From assembly GCA_050250895.1 (NCBI GenBank), contig JBFWNU010000001.1:3315557-3379556 (forward strand): a DNA stretch of 64,000 bases, given 5' to 3'. The notes under the pieces were generated by a model. It saw nothing but the letters and a program-made list of their open reading frames with translations, did no database searches and had not been told where the DNA came from. Numbering within the stretch: position 1 is the first letter of the stretch; each line of letters opens with the position of its first letter. The DNA comes from Vulcanimicrobiota bacterium (GTDB lineage: Bacteria; Vulcanimicrobiota; Xenobia; Xenobiales; JADMJV01). Both the position numbers and the translations under genes were made by a program. Shown in pieces: positions 48,199-58,942 of this stretch.

Positions 48199-48337
48199 CG
48201 CATCAGCCCCGGGTGAATGTTTGGTGGATTGGATTGGCTGTCCGAATCTCTTGGGGGTGGACCAGATTACCGGGAGTGGACTAATGTTGTCGTCGCCGTC
48301 CAAAGGTGAATTTCAGAGCTGACGAGAAAACGCTAAG

Positions 48338-51300
48338 GTGCTTCTATCGAGACAGTTTGCCACTCTTCTGATGCTCTTGCTCCTGGCCGGCTGCGGCCAG
48401 CTCGAAACGGGAACCTCGGCAGCCCCCGACCAGCCCGTGGCCGGCCTCAGTGGCGACGGCCTCATCGACTATGTGCGCCAGGGTCCCACTGGCAGTCAGG
48501 TGGGCCTCTCGCAACAGGCCTTCGGAGGCGAGCGCTATGTGGTCTTTCATACCGCCGAAGCGCTGATTTCGACCGACACCAACGGGGTGGAAGATGTCTA
48601 TCTGATGGACCTTCTCCTGGGCAACCTCGAGCGCATCAGCCTGGGTGTGGGCGGAGCCCAGCCCGACGGGGCCAGCAACTGGGCCACGGTCAGTATCGAC
48701 GGCCGCTATGTGGCCTTCGAATCGCGCGCCGAGAACCTGGTGGCGGCCGACGGCAACGGCCATCAAGACGTGTTCTTGCGCGACCGCACCAAAGGCCAGA
48801 CTATTCTGGTCAGCCAGGGCGGCGACGGCGATAGCTTCGACGCGCAGATCGCTGGTCTCGGCACCAAGCTGATGTTCACCTCGGCCGCTACCAATCTGGT
48901 GCCCGGCGACACCAACGGACAACTCGACTGCTTTCTCTACGACCTGGCCAGCACCAGTCTGGTGCGGGCCAGCCTGGACCGCAACGGCAACCAGATCGAG
49001 GGCTCGGACTCGACCGACCCGGCCATCAGCTATACCGGCAACCAGTTCGTCTTTGCCTCGGGCGGAACCAACCTGCCCCTCTACAACGGCTTTCGCCAGA
49101 TCTACGGAGCCCGGGTCAAGAACCTCAAGCCTTTCTTGCTGAGCTATGGGCCGGGCAACCAGCCTGGCACTGGCCACAGCTCGGCTCCCTCTATCGCCAG
49201 CTTCGCCAAGAAGGTCGTCTTCACGTCTGAGGCGGCCGACCTCGTCGCGGGCGACAGCAACGGCGTGGCCGACCTGTTCGTCTTCAACCTCGACGCGGCC
49301 GGGGTGACCCGGGGTTCGGTCGACTCGAGCGGCAACCAGCTCAACGGCCCCAGCACGGTGGGAGCGCTCAGCGGCGACGGCACCAAGCTGGCCTTCATCA
49401 CCGAGGCCAGCGGAGCGGCCAGCGGCGACGGCGACGCCCAGCCCGACGCCATCTTGAAAGACCTGACCACCGGCCAGACCACCCTCGTCAGCCGCGACAG
49501 CGGCGGCACCAAGGCCAACGGCGCCTCGGGTGGGGTGAGCGTGAGCCTGTCAGGCGCGCGGGCCACCTTCGGCACTCTGGCCACCAATTTGCAGCCGTTC
49601 GACACCACTAACGACGGCGACATCTACGTGCACCAGCCCGATGTGGGCAACACCATCCTGGCCAGCCAGGCTTTTCAGCCGTCGACCGGGTTTGCGGGGC
49701 AGCGCACTTTGACGGTCGAGTATCGAGGGATTCCACAATTCATCGATGTCAACAACGATGGTCGAATCGACCTCATCTGGGTCGACCGCAGCGGGTCAGG
49801 CCGTAGTGGACTCATCCAGGTGGCCCTGGGGCAAGCTGACGGATTTGGCACGCCCACGTCCACCGGAATCATCGCCGACTATGTGACCGTGGGCCAGTTC
49901 GGGGGAGATGCGAATATTGATCTGGTGTGCCTCAGCGACCGCGACCTCTCCTGGGCTGTTGGCGACGGCACCGGCAGCTTCGCTACACCCACCGCGATCA
50001 CGACCTTTTCGACTCTATCCAGATCCCTTTTCTATGGCCTGGTCACGGCGGACTTCAACGGCGATGGGTACGACGATATCTTGGCCCAGCGCTACAGGCA
50101 GAGTCCGAGCGGCTCGCCCGGCACCGACTACAGTCAGGGGCTGATCGTGAGCGGCAATGGGGCGGGTATCTTTGCTGCTCCGGTTACGGTGGCCATAGAA
50201 GGCTCCATCGCCGGATTGCGGGTAGGTCGGCTCGATAGTGACAGTCGTGCCGATCTGGTGACACTTGAAGTGGTGAACTACGACACCTATTCGTACAAGC
50301 TTCACACTCGCCTGGGCACCGGCACGACCGTGACCACCGACATCACGACGACCGATGACGTGGTGAGCTTCAACCTGGGCGACTACAACAGCGACGGGAT
50401 CGACGATGTGGTGATCGGTCTCTATGTCAATGGGGTCCACCTCTTTCTCGGGAACGGCAGCGGGGGCTTCGTTCATCAGGCGGACTACGTCCTACCTCGC
50501 TCGGCCACGATCAGTGAGCCCATGATTGCCGACGTGACCGGAGATCTGGTGCCTGACCTGGTGTTCGACAAGCAATATCGGCTTGAGGTGATTCCCGGAA
50601 ATGGAGTGGACTTGAGCGGCACTCCCCAGGTCATTTTCCCAGGCGAACTCAGAGGGCCTCTGCGTCTGCTCGACGCCGACGACGATGGCGATCTGGACCT
50701 TCTTGCCATGGCTGTGCAGTCGAATACGACCAGCGCCGATGTTATGGTGCTGCCAAATCTTGGCGGCAACTTCTGGCCCTACTCTTCCTCGCCGGCCAGA
50801 TTCGCCGCCCTGGGCGACTTCCTGGGCAACCTGTTTTTGGACGTGGTTTACGCCACCTCGGATGCTACCGTCTTCGAGGGTGATGGCGCGGGAGGGCTGC
50901 AGGCTGGTTCTGGCTCACCTCTTTCTCTGGCCGGCGCGGAGCAACTGATCCGCGGAGACTTCAACAAGGATGGGTTGCTGGACCTGATCGAGTTGGACGA
51001 CTACTCCCGCGGGACCGGCAGTCAGGTGTTTCTGTCTTCAGGCGGCGGCAGCTTCACCGCCGGCCAGACATTGTCGATCAGTGAGGGGGGGAGGGCCGCC
51101 GACATTGACGGCGACGGAGACCTCGACGTGGCTCTGGCTACTACCGCTGGTTTGGCAATCTGGGTAGGGGTCGGCGACGGCACTTTCACGGCCGGACCGG
51201 TTCTCCCCTTGACCTATGAGTCTTTTTTTGATGATGAGCACCTCGAATTGGTCGACTTGAACGAGGATGGGCGGCTTGACCTGGTGGTAGGGCGGCGGTT

Positions 51301-51868
51301 TGACGGGCAACTGGCCGTGGCTTTGAACACAGGCGGGACCGACTTTGGCTCGTTCACCTTTTTAGCCTCGGCCGGCCATCCGTTCGAACCCCGAAGTGCG
51401 GACGTCAACCACGACGGGCATGCCGACATCATCGTCAAACACGGGCCGCGCCTGTCCACAGTGTATTCCCTCTTCTTTTCCTTCTCGGGCATCCCCGACG
51501 ATCAGCCCCAATTTGACTATCACACCGCAGCGAAAGCCTTCGGAGGCACAGATTACGCGGGTGTCGGCCTGAGTTGTTGGCTGGGCGACGGCGCGGGTGG
51601 GTTGACCGAGGTCGGCTACCAGACTCTGCCGTGGTGGCTCGGCTCCACGATGGATATCGGCGATCTAGATGGCGACGGCGAGGTCGACGTGGCCCTCGGC
51701 GGGCATCTTCGCTCGGTGGTCGCGCTCTACAAAGGAGACGGGACAGGCCAGTTCACTCTATCAGGTAGTTGGGTCTTTCCCGGCGACCTGGGGGCCATCG
51801 CAGACCTCAACGGCGACGGCCGTTTTGACCTGGTGGGCGGCGGCCCGTTCAACCTGTTAGGAAAGTAG
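48338..51868 (+). CDS. TolB/PD40-like propeller + FG-GAP repeat lipoprotein, copy 1
   Basis: Lipobox LAGC; SIDGRYVAFES and DTNGVEDVY; many D(F/L)NxDGxxD motifs. Confidence 0.92.
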   Translation: MLLSRQFATLLMLLLLAGCGQLETGTSAAPDQPVAGLSGDGLIDYVRQGPTGSQVGLSQQAFGGERYVVFHTAEALISTDTNGVEDVYLMDLLLGNLERISLGVGGAQPDGASNWATVSIDGRYVAFESRAENLVAADGNGHQDVFLRDRTKGQTILVSQGGDGDSFDAQIAGLGTKLMFTSAATNLVPGDTNGQLDCFLYDLASTSLVRASLDRNGNQIEGSDSTDPAISYTGNQFVFASGGTNLPLYNGFRQIYGARVKNLKPFLLSYGPGNQPGTGHSSAPSIASFAKKVVFTSEAADLVAGDSNGVADLFVFNLDAAGVTRGSVDSSGNQLNGPSTVGALSGDGTKLAFITEASGAASGDGDAQPDAILKDLTTGQTTLVSRDSGGTKANGASGGVSVSLSGARATFGTLATNLQPFDTTNDGDIYVHQPDVGNTILASQAFQPSTGFAGQRTLTVEYRGIPQFIDVNNDGRIDLIWVDRSGSGRSGLIQVALGQADGFGTPTSTGIIADYVTVGQFGGDANIDLVCLSDRDLSWAVGDGTGSFATPTAITTFSTLSRSLFYGLVTADFNGDGYDDILAQRYRQSPSGSPGTDYSQGLIVSGNGAGIFAAPVTVAIEGSIAGLRVGRLDSDSRADLVTLEVVNYDTYSYKLHTRLGTGTTVTTDITTTDDVVSFNLGDYNSDGIDDVVIGLYVNGVHLFLGNGSGGFVHQADYVLPRSATISEPMIADVTGDLVPDLVFDKQYRLEVIPGNGVDLSGTPQVIFPGELRGPLRLLDADDDGDLDLLAMAVQSNTTSADVMVLPNLGGNFWPYSSSPARFAALGDFLGNLFLDVVYATSDATVFEGDGAGGLQAGSGSPLSLAGAEQLIRGDFNKDGLLDLIELDDYSRGTGSQVFLSSGGGSFTAGQTLSISEGGRAADIDGDGDLDVALATTAGLAIWVGVGDGTFTAGPVLPLTYESFFDDEHLELVDLNEDGRLDLVVGRRFDGQLAVALNTGGTDFGSFTFLASAGHPFEPRSADVNHDGHADIIVKHGPRLSTVYSLFFSFSGIPDDQPQFDYHTAAKAFGGTDYAGVGLSCWLGDGAGGLTEVGYQTLPWWLGSTMDIGDLDGDGEVDVALGGHLRSVVALYKGDGTGQFTLSGSWVFPGDLGAIADLNGDGRFDLVGGGPFNLLGK

Positions 51869-51870
51869 CC

Positions 51871-54800
51871 GTGCACCGACTTCTAGGCATCCTCCTCATC
51901 CTCGCTCTGGCCGGCTGCGGCCAGCTCGAAACGGGCACATCCACGACGCCCGACCCAGTGGCGGGCTTGAGCGGCGATGGCCTCGTCGACTATGTGCGCC
52001 AGGGCCCTACTGGCAGTCAGGTGGGCCTGTCCCAACAGGCCTTCGGAGGCGAGCGCTATGTGGTCTTTCACACTGCCGAAGCGCTCATTTCCACCGACAC
52101 CAACGGGGTCGAAGACGTCTATCTGATGGACCTGCTGCTGGGCAACCTCGAGCGCATCAGTCTGGGTGTGGGCGGAGCCCAGCCCGACGGGGCCAGCAAC
52201 TGGGCCACCGTCAGCATCGACGGCCGCTATGTGGCCTTCGAATCGCGGGCCGAGAACCTGGTGGCGACCGACGGCAACGGCCATCAAGACGTGTTCTTGC
52301 GCGACCGCACCAAAGGCCAGACTATTCTGGTCAGCCAGGGCGGCGACGGCGATAGCTTCGACGCGCAGATCTCTGGTCTCGGCACCAAGCTGATGTTCAC
52401 CTCGGCCGCTACCAACCTGGTGGCCGGCGACACCAACGGCCATCTCGACTGCTTTCTCTACGACCTGGCCACCACCAACCTGGTACGGGCCAGCCTCGAC
52501 CGCAACGGCAATCAGATCGAGGGCTCGGATTCGACCGACCCGGCCATCAGCTATACCGGCAACCAGTTCGTCTTTGCCTCGACCGGCACCAACCTGCCCC
52601 TCTACAACGGCTTTCGCCAGATCTACGGAGCTCGCGTAAAGAATCTCAAGCCTTTCTTGCTGAGCTATGGGCCGGGCAACCAGCCCGGCACCGGCCACAG
52701 CTCGGCCCCGTCGATTGCCGCCCAGGCCAAGAAGGTCGTCTTCACTTCCGAGGCCTCCGATCTGGTCGCTGGCGACAGCAACGGCGTGGCCGACCTGTTC
52801 GTCTTCGACCTCGACGCGGCCGGAGTGACCCGGGTTTCGCTCGACTCGAGCGGTAACCAGCTCAACGGCCCCAGCACGGTGGGTGCGCTCAGTGGCGACG
52901 GCACCAAGCTGGCCTTCATCACCGAGGCCAGCGGAGCGGCCAGCGGCGACGGCGACACCCAACCCGACGCCATCTTGAAAGACCTGACCACCGGCCAGAC
53001 CACCCTCGTCAGCCGCGATAGCAGCGGCACCAAGGCCAACGGCGCCTCGGGCGGGGTGAGTGTGAGCCTCTCAGGAGCCAGAGCGGTCTTCGGCACCCTG
53101 GCCACGAACCTGCAGCCGTTCGACACCACCAACGACGGCGACATCTACGTGCACCAGCCCGATGTGGGCAACACCATTCTGGCCAGCCAGGCTTTTCAAC
53201 CGTCGACCGGGTTCGCTGGGCGGCGCAGTATCAACATTGAGTTGTATGAGTCGTTCAGTGGATTTACTGAGCTTGTTCGCAGCCATATCCAAACGGTGGA
53301 TCTCAACCATGACGACATCCTCGACTTGATCTGGTGCGACCGCAGCCGCGCGGTCCATGTGGCCCTGGGCCGCGCCGACGGCTTTGAAACCCCGACGACG
53401 CTAGCTATCACGGCCAGTCATATAGCGGTTGGTCAATTCGGGGGGGATGCGAACCTGGATTTGGTCTACGTCTCGGGTCGCGCACTTGGCTGGGCTACAG
53501 GGGATGGCACCGGCGGCTTCACCAGTCCGACTGCGATTACGACCTTTCCAAGTTTAACGGGCTCGGTGACCTACGGTCTGGTCTCGGCTGACTTGAATCA
53601 CGACGGATTTGACGACGTGTTGACCACCCGCTTTAGCCACCCGCTTTTTGGCGCTAGCGGCCCAGGTACCGGACAGTTCTTGCTCGTCAACGGCAACGGA
53701 GCCGGAGGCTTTTCGTCGACCACGGTGCTGAGCGCAAGCGGCTCGGTGGCCAGCCTGCGAGTCGGGAGACTGGATGGTGATAACCTACCCGATCTGGTCA
53801 CTCTCTCCGTGCTCGATTACGACACCGATTCTTTTCGCATCAATGTTAGGCTGGGCACCGGCGCCACCGTGACTACGGATATCAGCCCTGGCAGAGTGGT
53901 CAGCTATAATTTAGGAGACTACAACGGCGACGGAATCGACGACCTCGTGACCGGATTGCGCATCGGCGGTGTCAATCTCTACCTGGGCGACGGTAGCGGG
54001 AGGTTCGTCCATCAAGCCGACTACGTTGGCGCGTTCGGAACTGTATCGGAGCCACTGATTGCCGACGTGACGGGCGACACAATTCCTGACCTGGTCATGG
54101 ATAGGCTGACATCGGTTGAAATGATTCCCGGCAACGGCGTCGACTTGAGTGGGACGCCCGAGGTGGTCTTTCCCGGCAGACTGAAGGGACCGATGCGACT
54201 GGTTGATGCGAATGGAGACGGTTCGCTCGACCTCGTGGCGATGGCCGTCCAGGGCACCACGCTCGTCGATTCCTCCTACCATGGGAGCGTCGACGTTCTG
54301 GTGCTTCCGAACTTGGGAGGGAGGTTTTGGCCCTACACCTCGTTCCCTACCGAGTCTGCTCTATTGGGGGATTTTGTAAGCAACCTTCTGCTCGATGTCA
54401 TCTACACGTATTCCGATGCACGCGCGTATGGCGGGGACGGCCAGGGCGGATTGAAGCCCGTCGCAAGTTTCTCTCTCTGGCCCGAGGGGCCTGACCAGGT
54501 GGTCCGCGGTGACTTCAACAGCGACGGGCTGTTGGACTTCGTAGCCCTGGACTCGTACAGCCCGGTCGGAACCAGGGTCTTCCTCTCCTCCGGAGGCGGG
54601 TTGTTTACCGAGGGCCAATTGCTCGACGCAAGTAGCGGCGGACGAACGGCCGATTTGGATGGCGACGGAGACCTGGACCTGGCGCTGGCGAGCAGCGCCA
54701 GCGGGGTCAGAATCTGGCTCGGTGTCGGTAGCGGCACCTTTTCTGCTGGTCCGACTCTCTCGCTGACCGATGCGGAACATCTTGAGTTGGTAGACTTGAA

Positions 54801-55401
54801 CGAGGACGGCCGTCTCGACCTCGTGGTGGGGCGGAGAACTCAGAAGCAACTGGGAGTCGCCCTCAACACCGGAGAAGGTACGTTTGGTTCGGTCACGCTT
54901 CTGCCCTCGACCGGCGAGCCGTTCGAGCCGCGCGCCGCAGATGTGAACCACGATGGACATGCCGATCTAATCGTCAAGTACGGAACCCGTGGTGACCGGA
55001 AATTCTTCGCCTTTCTCGGGTCTCCACCCAGCCAGCCTCAGTATGACTATCACGCCGCCGCCGACCCCACGGGCGGAGAGGCGTATGTCCCGAACGCCGC
55101 TTTGGGATGTTGGCTCGGAGACGGCACGGGCGGTTTGATCGAGACCGGGTATCAAAACGTGCCCGAGTGGCTCAGTTCCAGCATAGAGATCGCTGACTTC
55201 GACGGCGACGGCGAGGTCGACGTGGCCTTCGGCGGCTATCCCCGCTCCGTGGTCGCGCTTTACAAAGGAGACGGGACCGGCCAGTTCACCCAGGGAGAGA
55301 GCTGGATCTTTCCCGGCAGCCTGGGGGCCATCGCAGACCTGAACGGCGACGGCCGTTTTGACCTGGTGGGCGGCGGCCCGTTCAACCTGTTAGGAAAGTG
55401 A
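51871..55401 (+). CDS. FG-GAP repeat lipoprotein, copy 2
   Basis: N-terminal ~450 aa nearly identical to copy 1; FG-GAP repeats. Confidence 0.92.
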   Translation: MHRLLGILLILALAGCGQLETGTSTTPDPVAGLSGDGLVDYVRQGPTGSQVGLSQQAFGGERYVVFHTAEALISTDTNGVEDVYLMDLLLGNLERISLGVGGAQPDGASNWATVSIDGRYVAFESRAENLVATDGNGHQDVFLRDRTKGQTILVSQGGDGDSFDAQISGLGTKLMFTSAATNLVAGDTNGHLDCFLYDLATTNLVRASLDRNGNQIEGSDSTDPAISYTGNQFVFASTGTNLPLYNGFRQIYGARVKNLKPFLLSYGPGNQPGTGHSSAPSIAAQAKKVVFTSEASDLVAGDSNGVADLFVFDLDAAGVTRVSLDSSGNQLNGPSTVGALSGDGTKLAFITEASGAASGDGDTQPDAILKDLTTGQTTLVSRDSSGTKANGASGGVSVSLSGARAVFGTLATNLQPFDTTNDGDIYVHQPDVGNTILASQAFQPSTGFAGRRSINIELYESFSGFTELVRSHIQTVDLNHDDILDLIWCDRSRAVHVALGRADGFETPTTLAITASHIAVGQFGGDANLDLVYVSGRALGWATGDGTGGFTSPTAITTFPSLTGSVTYGLVSADLNHDGFDDVLTTRFSHPLFGASGPGTGQFLLVNGNGAGGFSSTTVLSASGSVASLRVGRLDGDNLPDLVTLSVLDYDTDSFRINVRLGTGATVTTDISPGRVVSYNLGDYNGDGIDDLVTGLRIGGVNLYLGDGSGRFVHQADYVGAFGTVSEPLIADVTGDTIPDLVMDRLTSVEMIPGNGVDLSGTPEVVFPGRLKGPMRLVDANGDGSLDLVAMAVQGTTLVDSSYHGSVDVLVLPNLGGRFWPYTSFPTESALLGDFVSNLLLDVIYTYSDARAYGGDGQGGLKPVASFSLWPEGPDQVVRGDFNSDGLLDFVALDSYSPVGTRVFLSSGGGLFTEGQLLDASSGGRTADLDGDGDLDLALASSASGVRIWLGVGSGTFSAGPTLSLTDAEHLELVDLNEDGRLDLVVGRRTQKQLGVALNTGEGTFGSVTLLPSTGEPFEPRAADVNHDGHADLIVKYGTRGDRKFFAFLGSPPSQPQYDYHAAADPTGGEAYVPNAALGCWLGDGTGGLIETGYQNVPEWLSSSIEIADFDGDGEVDVAFGGYPRSVVALYKGDGTGQFTQGESWIFPGSLGAIADLNGDGRFDLVGGGPFNLLGK

Positions 55402-55403
55402 CC

Positions 55404-58400
55404 ATGCAGCGACTTCTAGGCATCCTCCTCATTCTCGCCCTGGCCGGCTGCGGCCAGCTCGAAACGGGCACCTCGGCACGGCCCGACCAGCCCATGACGG
55501 GACTCAGTGGCGACGGCCTCGTCGACTATGTGCGCCAGGGCCCTACCGGCAGTCAAGTGGGCCTGTCGCAACAGGCCTTCGGAGGCGAGCGCTATGTGGT
55601 CTTTCACACCGCCGAAGCCCTGATTTCCACCGACACCAACGGGGTAGAAGACGTCTATCTGATGGACCTTCTCCTGGGCAACCTCGAGCGCATCAGTCTG
55701 GGCGTGGGCGGAGCCCAGCCCAACGGGGCCAGCAGCTGGGCCACCGTCAGTATCGACGGCCGCTATGTGGCCTTCGAGTCGCGGGCCGAGAACCTGGTGG
55801 CGACCGACGGCAATGGCCATCAAGACGTGTTCTTGCGCGACCGCACCAAAGGCCAGACCATTCTGGTCAGTAAAGGCGGCGACGGCGACAGCTTCGACGC
55901 CCAGATCTCGGGCCTGGGGCTCAAGTTGATGTTCACCTCGGCCGCTACCAATCTGGTGCCCGGCGACACCAACGGACATCTGGACTGCTTTCTCTACGAC
56001 CTGGCCAGCACCAGTCTGGTGCGGGCCAGCCTGGACCGCAACGGCAACCAGATCGAGGGCTCCGACTCGACCGACCCGGCCATCAGCTATACCGGCAACC
56101 AGTTCGTCTTCGCCTCGGCCGGAACCAACCTGCCCCTCTACAACGGCTTTCGCCAGATCTACGGCGTGAAAGTCAAGAACCTCAAGCCGTTCTTGCTCAG
56201 CTATGGGCCGGGCAACCAGCCCGGCAACGGGCACAGCTCGGCCCCGTCGATTGCCGCCCAGGCCAAGAAGGTCGTCTTCACGTCCGAGGCCGCCGACCTG
56301 GTCGCGGACGACAGCAACGGCGTCGCTGACCTGTTCGTGTTCGACCTCGACGCGGCCGGGGTGAGCCGCGCCTCGCTCGACTCGAGCGGCAACCAGCTCA
56401 ACGGCCCCAGCACGGTGGGCGCCCTCAGTGGCGACGGCACCAAGCTGGCCTTCATCACCGAGGCCAGCGGAGCGGCCAGCGGCGACGGCGACACCCAACC
56501 CGACGCCATCTTGAAAGACCTGACCACCGGCCAGACCACCCTCGTCAGCCGCGATAGCAGCGGCACCAAGGCCAACGGCGCCTCGGGCGGGGTGAGTGTG
56601 AGCCTCTCAGGAGCCAGAGCGGTCTTCGGCACCCTGGCCACGAACCTGCAGCCGTTCGACACCACCAACGACGGCGACATCTATGTGCACCAGCCCGATG
56701 TGGGCAATACCATCCTGGCCAGCCAGGCTTTTCAGCCGGCGACGGGCTTTGCGGGGCGGCGCAGTATCACCATCGAGTATAGCCAGGTTCCGCAGGCGGG
56801 TGACCTCAACGACGACGGCCACCTAGATCTGGTCTGGGTGGACGACGACCATGACGTGTATGTGTCGATGGGCAGCGAGACAGGGTTCGAGCAGCCGGTG
56901 GCTCAGGGGTTTTCGGCAACCCACTTCTGCGTCGGGGATTTTGACGCAGATGAGGTGCTCGACCTGGCCTACTCTGTATCCTCGTCGCGAAGCATCCGTC
57001 TCGCCAAGGGCAACGGTTCAGGTCAGTTACAGGGAGGAGCATCGACCCTCGCTTCCGTGACTCCACCGGTTCCAATTCCTCCAACGTTTCCCCCTGTATT
57101 TCCCCCAATCAACCCTGTCTCGATCGAAGGCGTGTATGCTACTAGACTCGCAGGTCAAGACGGTATCCTCGTTACCTACTCCGTGACTTCCCCCGCCTAC
57201 CAGGGATATCAATTCTTCGCTCCAGACGGGAGCGGAAACTATGTGCAATCCTCGGGGCACGAATTGTCGGGCTCGCTCGCGAGCATCCGCTTTGGGAATA
57301 TCGATGGAAGCGAGTGGACCAAGGTGGTCACGTTCTCAGTGCCCGACCAGGCCAACCCAAATTATCGAGCTCACGTTTTGAACGCCTGGTATGGCACGAC
57401 GACGACCACCACCCTCGACCACGGCGGCGTGACAGGAGTGACCCTGGCCGACTGGAACAGGGATGGTTTCGATGACCTTATCACGACCTGCTTCACCTCC
57501 TACTCCTATGACCCTATCCCCGGTGTCAAGCTCTACCTGGGGGATGGGTCGGGCGCCTTCGCACTGGCGGACACCACCCTCACCGGCGACGCTCAAGAAC
57601 CTCTGGTTGCCGACCTGACTGGCGACGGCAAGGTGGATCTGGTGGTCGACGATGGGAGCGGTTTGCTCCTGATCGAGGGCAACGGGGCGGACTTGAGCGG
57701 ACCGCAACGGCGGGTTTTTCCCTTCTCGCCGCGCGGGGTAAGCCAGTTGGTCGACGAGAACGGGGACGCCCACCCCGATCTGCTGACGCTCACCTACGAT
57801 GAGGCTGCCATCTGGCTCGGTCTTCCTTCCGGGGCTTTCTGGCCCGAGGTTACTGCGACACGAACGGTATCCATTAACACAAACACCGGCGTGGTCGGAG
57901 ATTTCGGACTGGATTTGTGGTTGGATGCCGTCACCGGTCTCAAGTCCGCCGCGTTTTTTCTGGCGGGCGATGGCGCGGGGTCGTTGGGCCCTGCTTGGGG
58001 CTTTGACTTTGGAGTGGGAGTGACGGGCTCCTTCGAGCTTGCTGTCGAGGATCTCAATCGGGACGGCCTCTTAGACCTGGTGGCCCAGTCGTCGACTTCT
58101 ACCGGCTTTTTGCAAGGGGTGGGAGATGGAACCTTCGTCGCGGCTGCGACGGCCTCGGGAGGCCAGGGCCTGCGGGTGGCTGACCTCGATCGGGACGGCC
58201 GACTCGATCTGATCATCGCCACCCCTGCGGCCATCGAAGTCTGGCGGGGCCAAGCCAGCGGCTTTACCCTCTGGCAGACTCGTCCCGTGGCCGGGGACGC
58301 GAAGTGCCCCGAGTTGATGGACCTCAACGAGGATGGCTGGCTGGATCTGGTGGTCACGACCGGCCTCGGCGGGGAATACTCCTCATCGAATCCCACTTCG

Positions 58401-58940
58401 GACGCTTTGATGGTGGCACTGGGCCAGAATGGGGGACTTCTAGATGATTTCGTCGCCCTTCCCTGTCAGGGTCACCCGACCCGTTTGTGTCGAGCAGATG
58501 TGAACAATGATGGACACCAGGACCTGGTGGCAGTCTGCCCTTCGCTGTCAAACTACGTTGGATTTGTCGACACCTGGAACCCTCTCCAGGAAGATTTCCA
58601 TCCACCCTTTGCTTCGCCTTTCATCTTGCCAGGGTCAGGCCTGATGTGTTGGCTGGGAGACGGTCAGGGCGGACTCACTCAGGTCTTTCAGCAGAACCTG
58701 CCCGTTCCGTTGAGAAGCTTCAATTTCCAGGTGCGCGACTTTGACGGGGACGGCTTCGCTGATGTCGCTATCGCCGGTCAGACGCGCTCGCTGGTAGCCA
58801 TCTTTCGCGGTGACGGCACTGGCCAGTTCACCCATCAAGCGAACTGGCAGTTTCCCGCTCCTTTCACGGCCGTGTCTGACCTCAATGGGGACGGTCGCTG
58901 GGATCTGGTGGGTGGCTCCTCTGTGTTGTTAGGAAAGTGA
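55404..58940 (+). CDS. FG-GAP repeat lipoprotein, copy 3 (most divergent C-half)
   Basis: Same N-domain; Pro-rich insert. An alternative GTG start lies at 55398. Confidence 0.92.
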   Translation: MQRLLGILLILALAGCGQLETGTSARPDQPMTGLSGDGLVDYVRQGPTGSQVGLSQQAFGGERYVVFHTAEALISTDTNGVEDVYLMDLLLGNLERISLGVGGAQPNGASSWATVSIDGRYVAFESRAENLVATDGNGHQDVFLRDRTKGQTILVSKGGDGDSFDAQISGLGLKLMFTSAATNLVPGDTNGHLDCFLYDLASTSLVRASLDRNGNQIEGSDSTDPAISYTGNQFVFASAGTNLPLYNGFRQIYGVKVKNLKPFLLSYGPGNQPGNGHSSAPSIAAQAKKVVFTSEAADLVADDSNGVADLFVFDLDAAGVSRASLDSSGNQLNGPSTVGALSGDGTKLAFITEASGAASGDGDTQPDAILKDLTTGQTTLVSRDSSGTKANGASGGVSVSLSGARAVFGTLATNLQPFDTTNDGDIYVHQPDVGNTILASQAFQPATGFAGRRSITIEYSQVPQAGDLNDDGHLDLVWVDDDHDVYVSMGSETGFEQPVAQGFSATHFCVGDFDADEVLDLAYSVSSSRSIRLAKGNGSGQLQGGASTLASVTPPVPIPPTFPPVFPPINPVSIEGVYATRLAGQDGILVTYSVTSPAYQGYQFFAPDGSGNYVQSSGHELSGSLASIRFGNIDGSEWTKVVTFSVPDQANPNYRAHVLNAWYGTTTTTTLDHGGVTGVTLADWNRDGFDDLITTCFTSYSYDPIPGVKLYLGDGSGAFALADTTLTGDAQEPLVADLTGDGKVDLVVDDGSGLLLIEGNGADLSGPQRRVFPFSPRGVSQLVDENGDAHPDLLTLTYDEAAIWLGLPSGAFWPEVTATRTVSINTNTGVVGDFGLDLWLDAVTGLKSAAFFLAGDGAGSLGPAWGFDFGVGVTGSFELAVEDLNRDGLLDLVAQSSTSTGFLQGVGDGTFVAAATASGGQGLRVADLDRDGRLDLIIATPAAIEVWRGQASGFTLWQTRPVAGDAKCPELMDLNEDGWLDLVVTTGLGGEYSSSNPTSDALMVALGQNGGLLDDFVALPCQGHPTRLCRADVNNDGHQDLVAVCPSLSNYVGFVDTWNPLQEDFHPPFASPFILPGSGLMCWLGDGQGGLTQVFQQNLPVPLRSFNFQVRDFDGDGFADVAIAGQTRSLVAIFRGDGTGQFTHQANWQFPAPFTAVSDLNGDGRWDLVGGSSVLLGK

Positions 58941-58942
58941 CC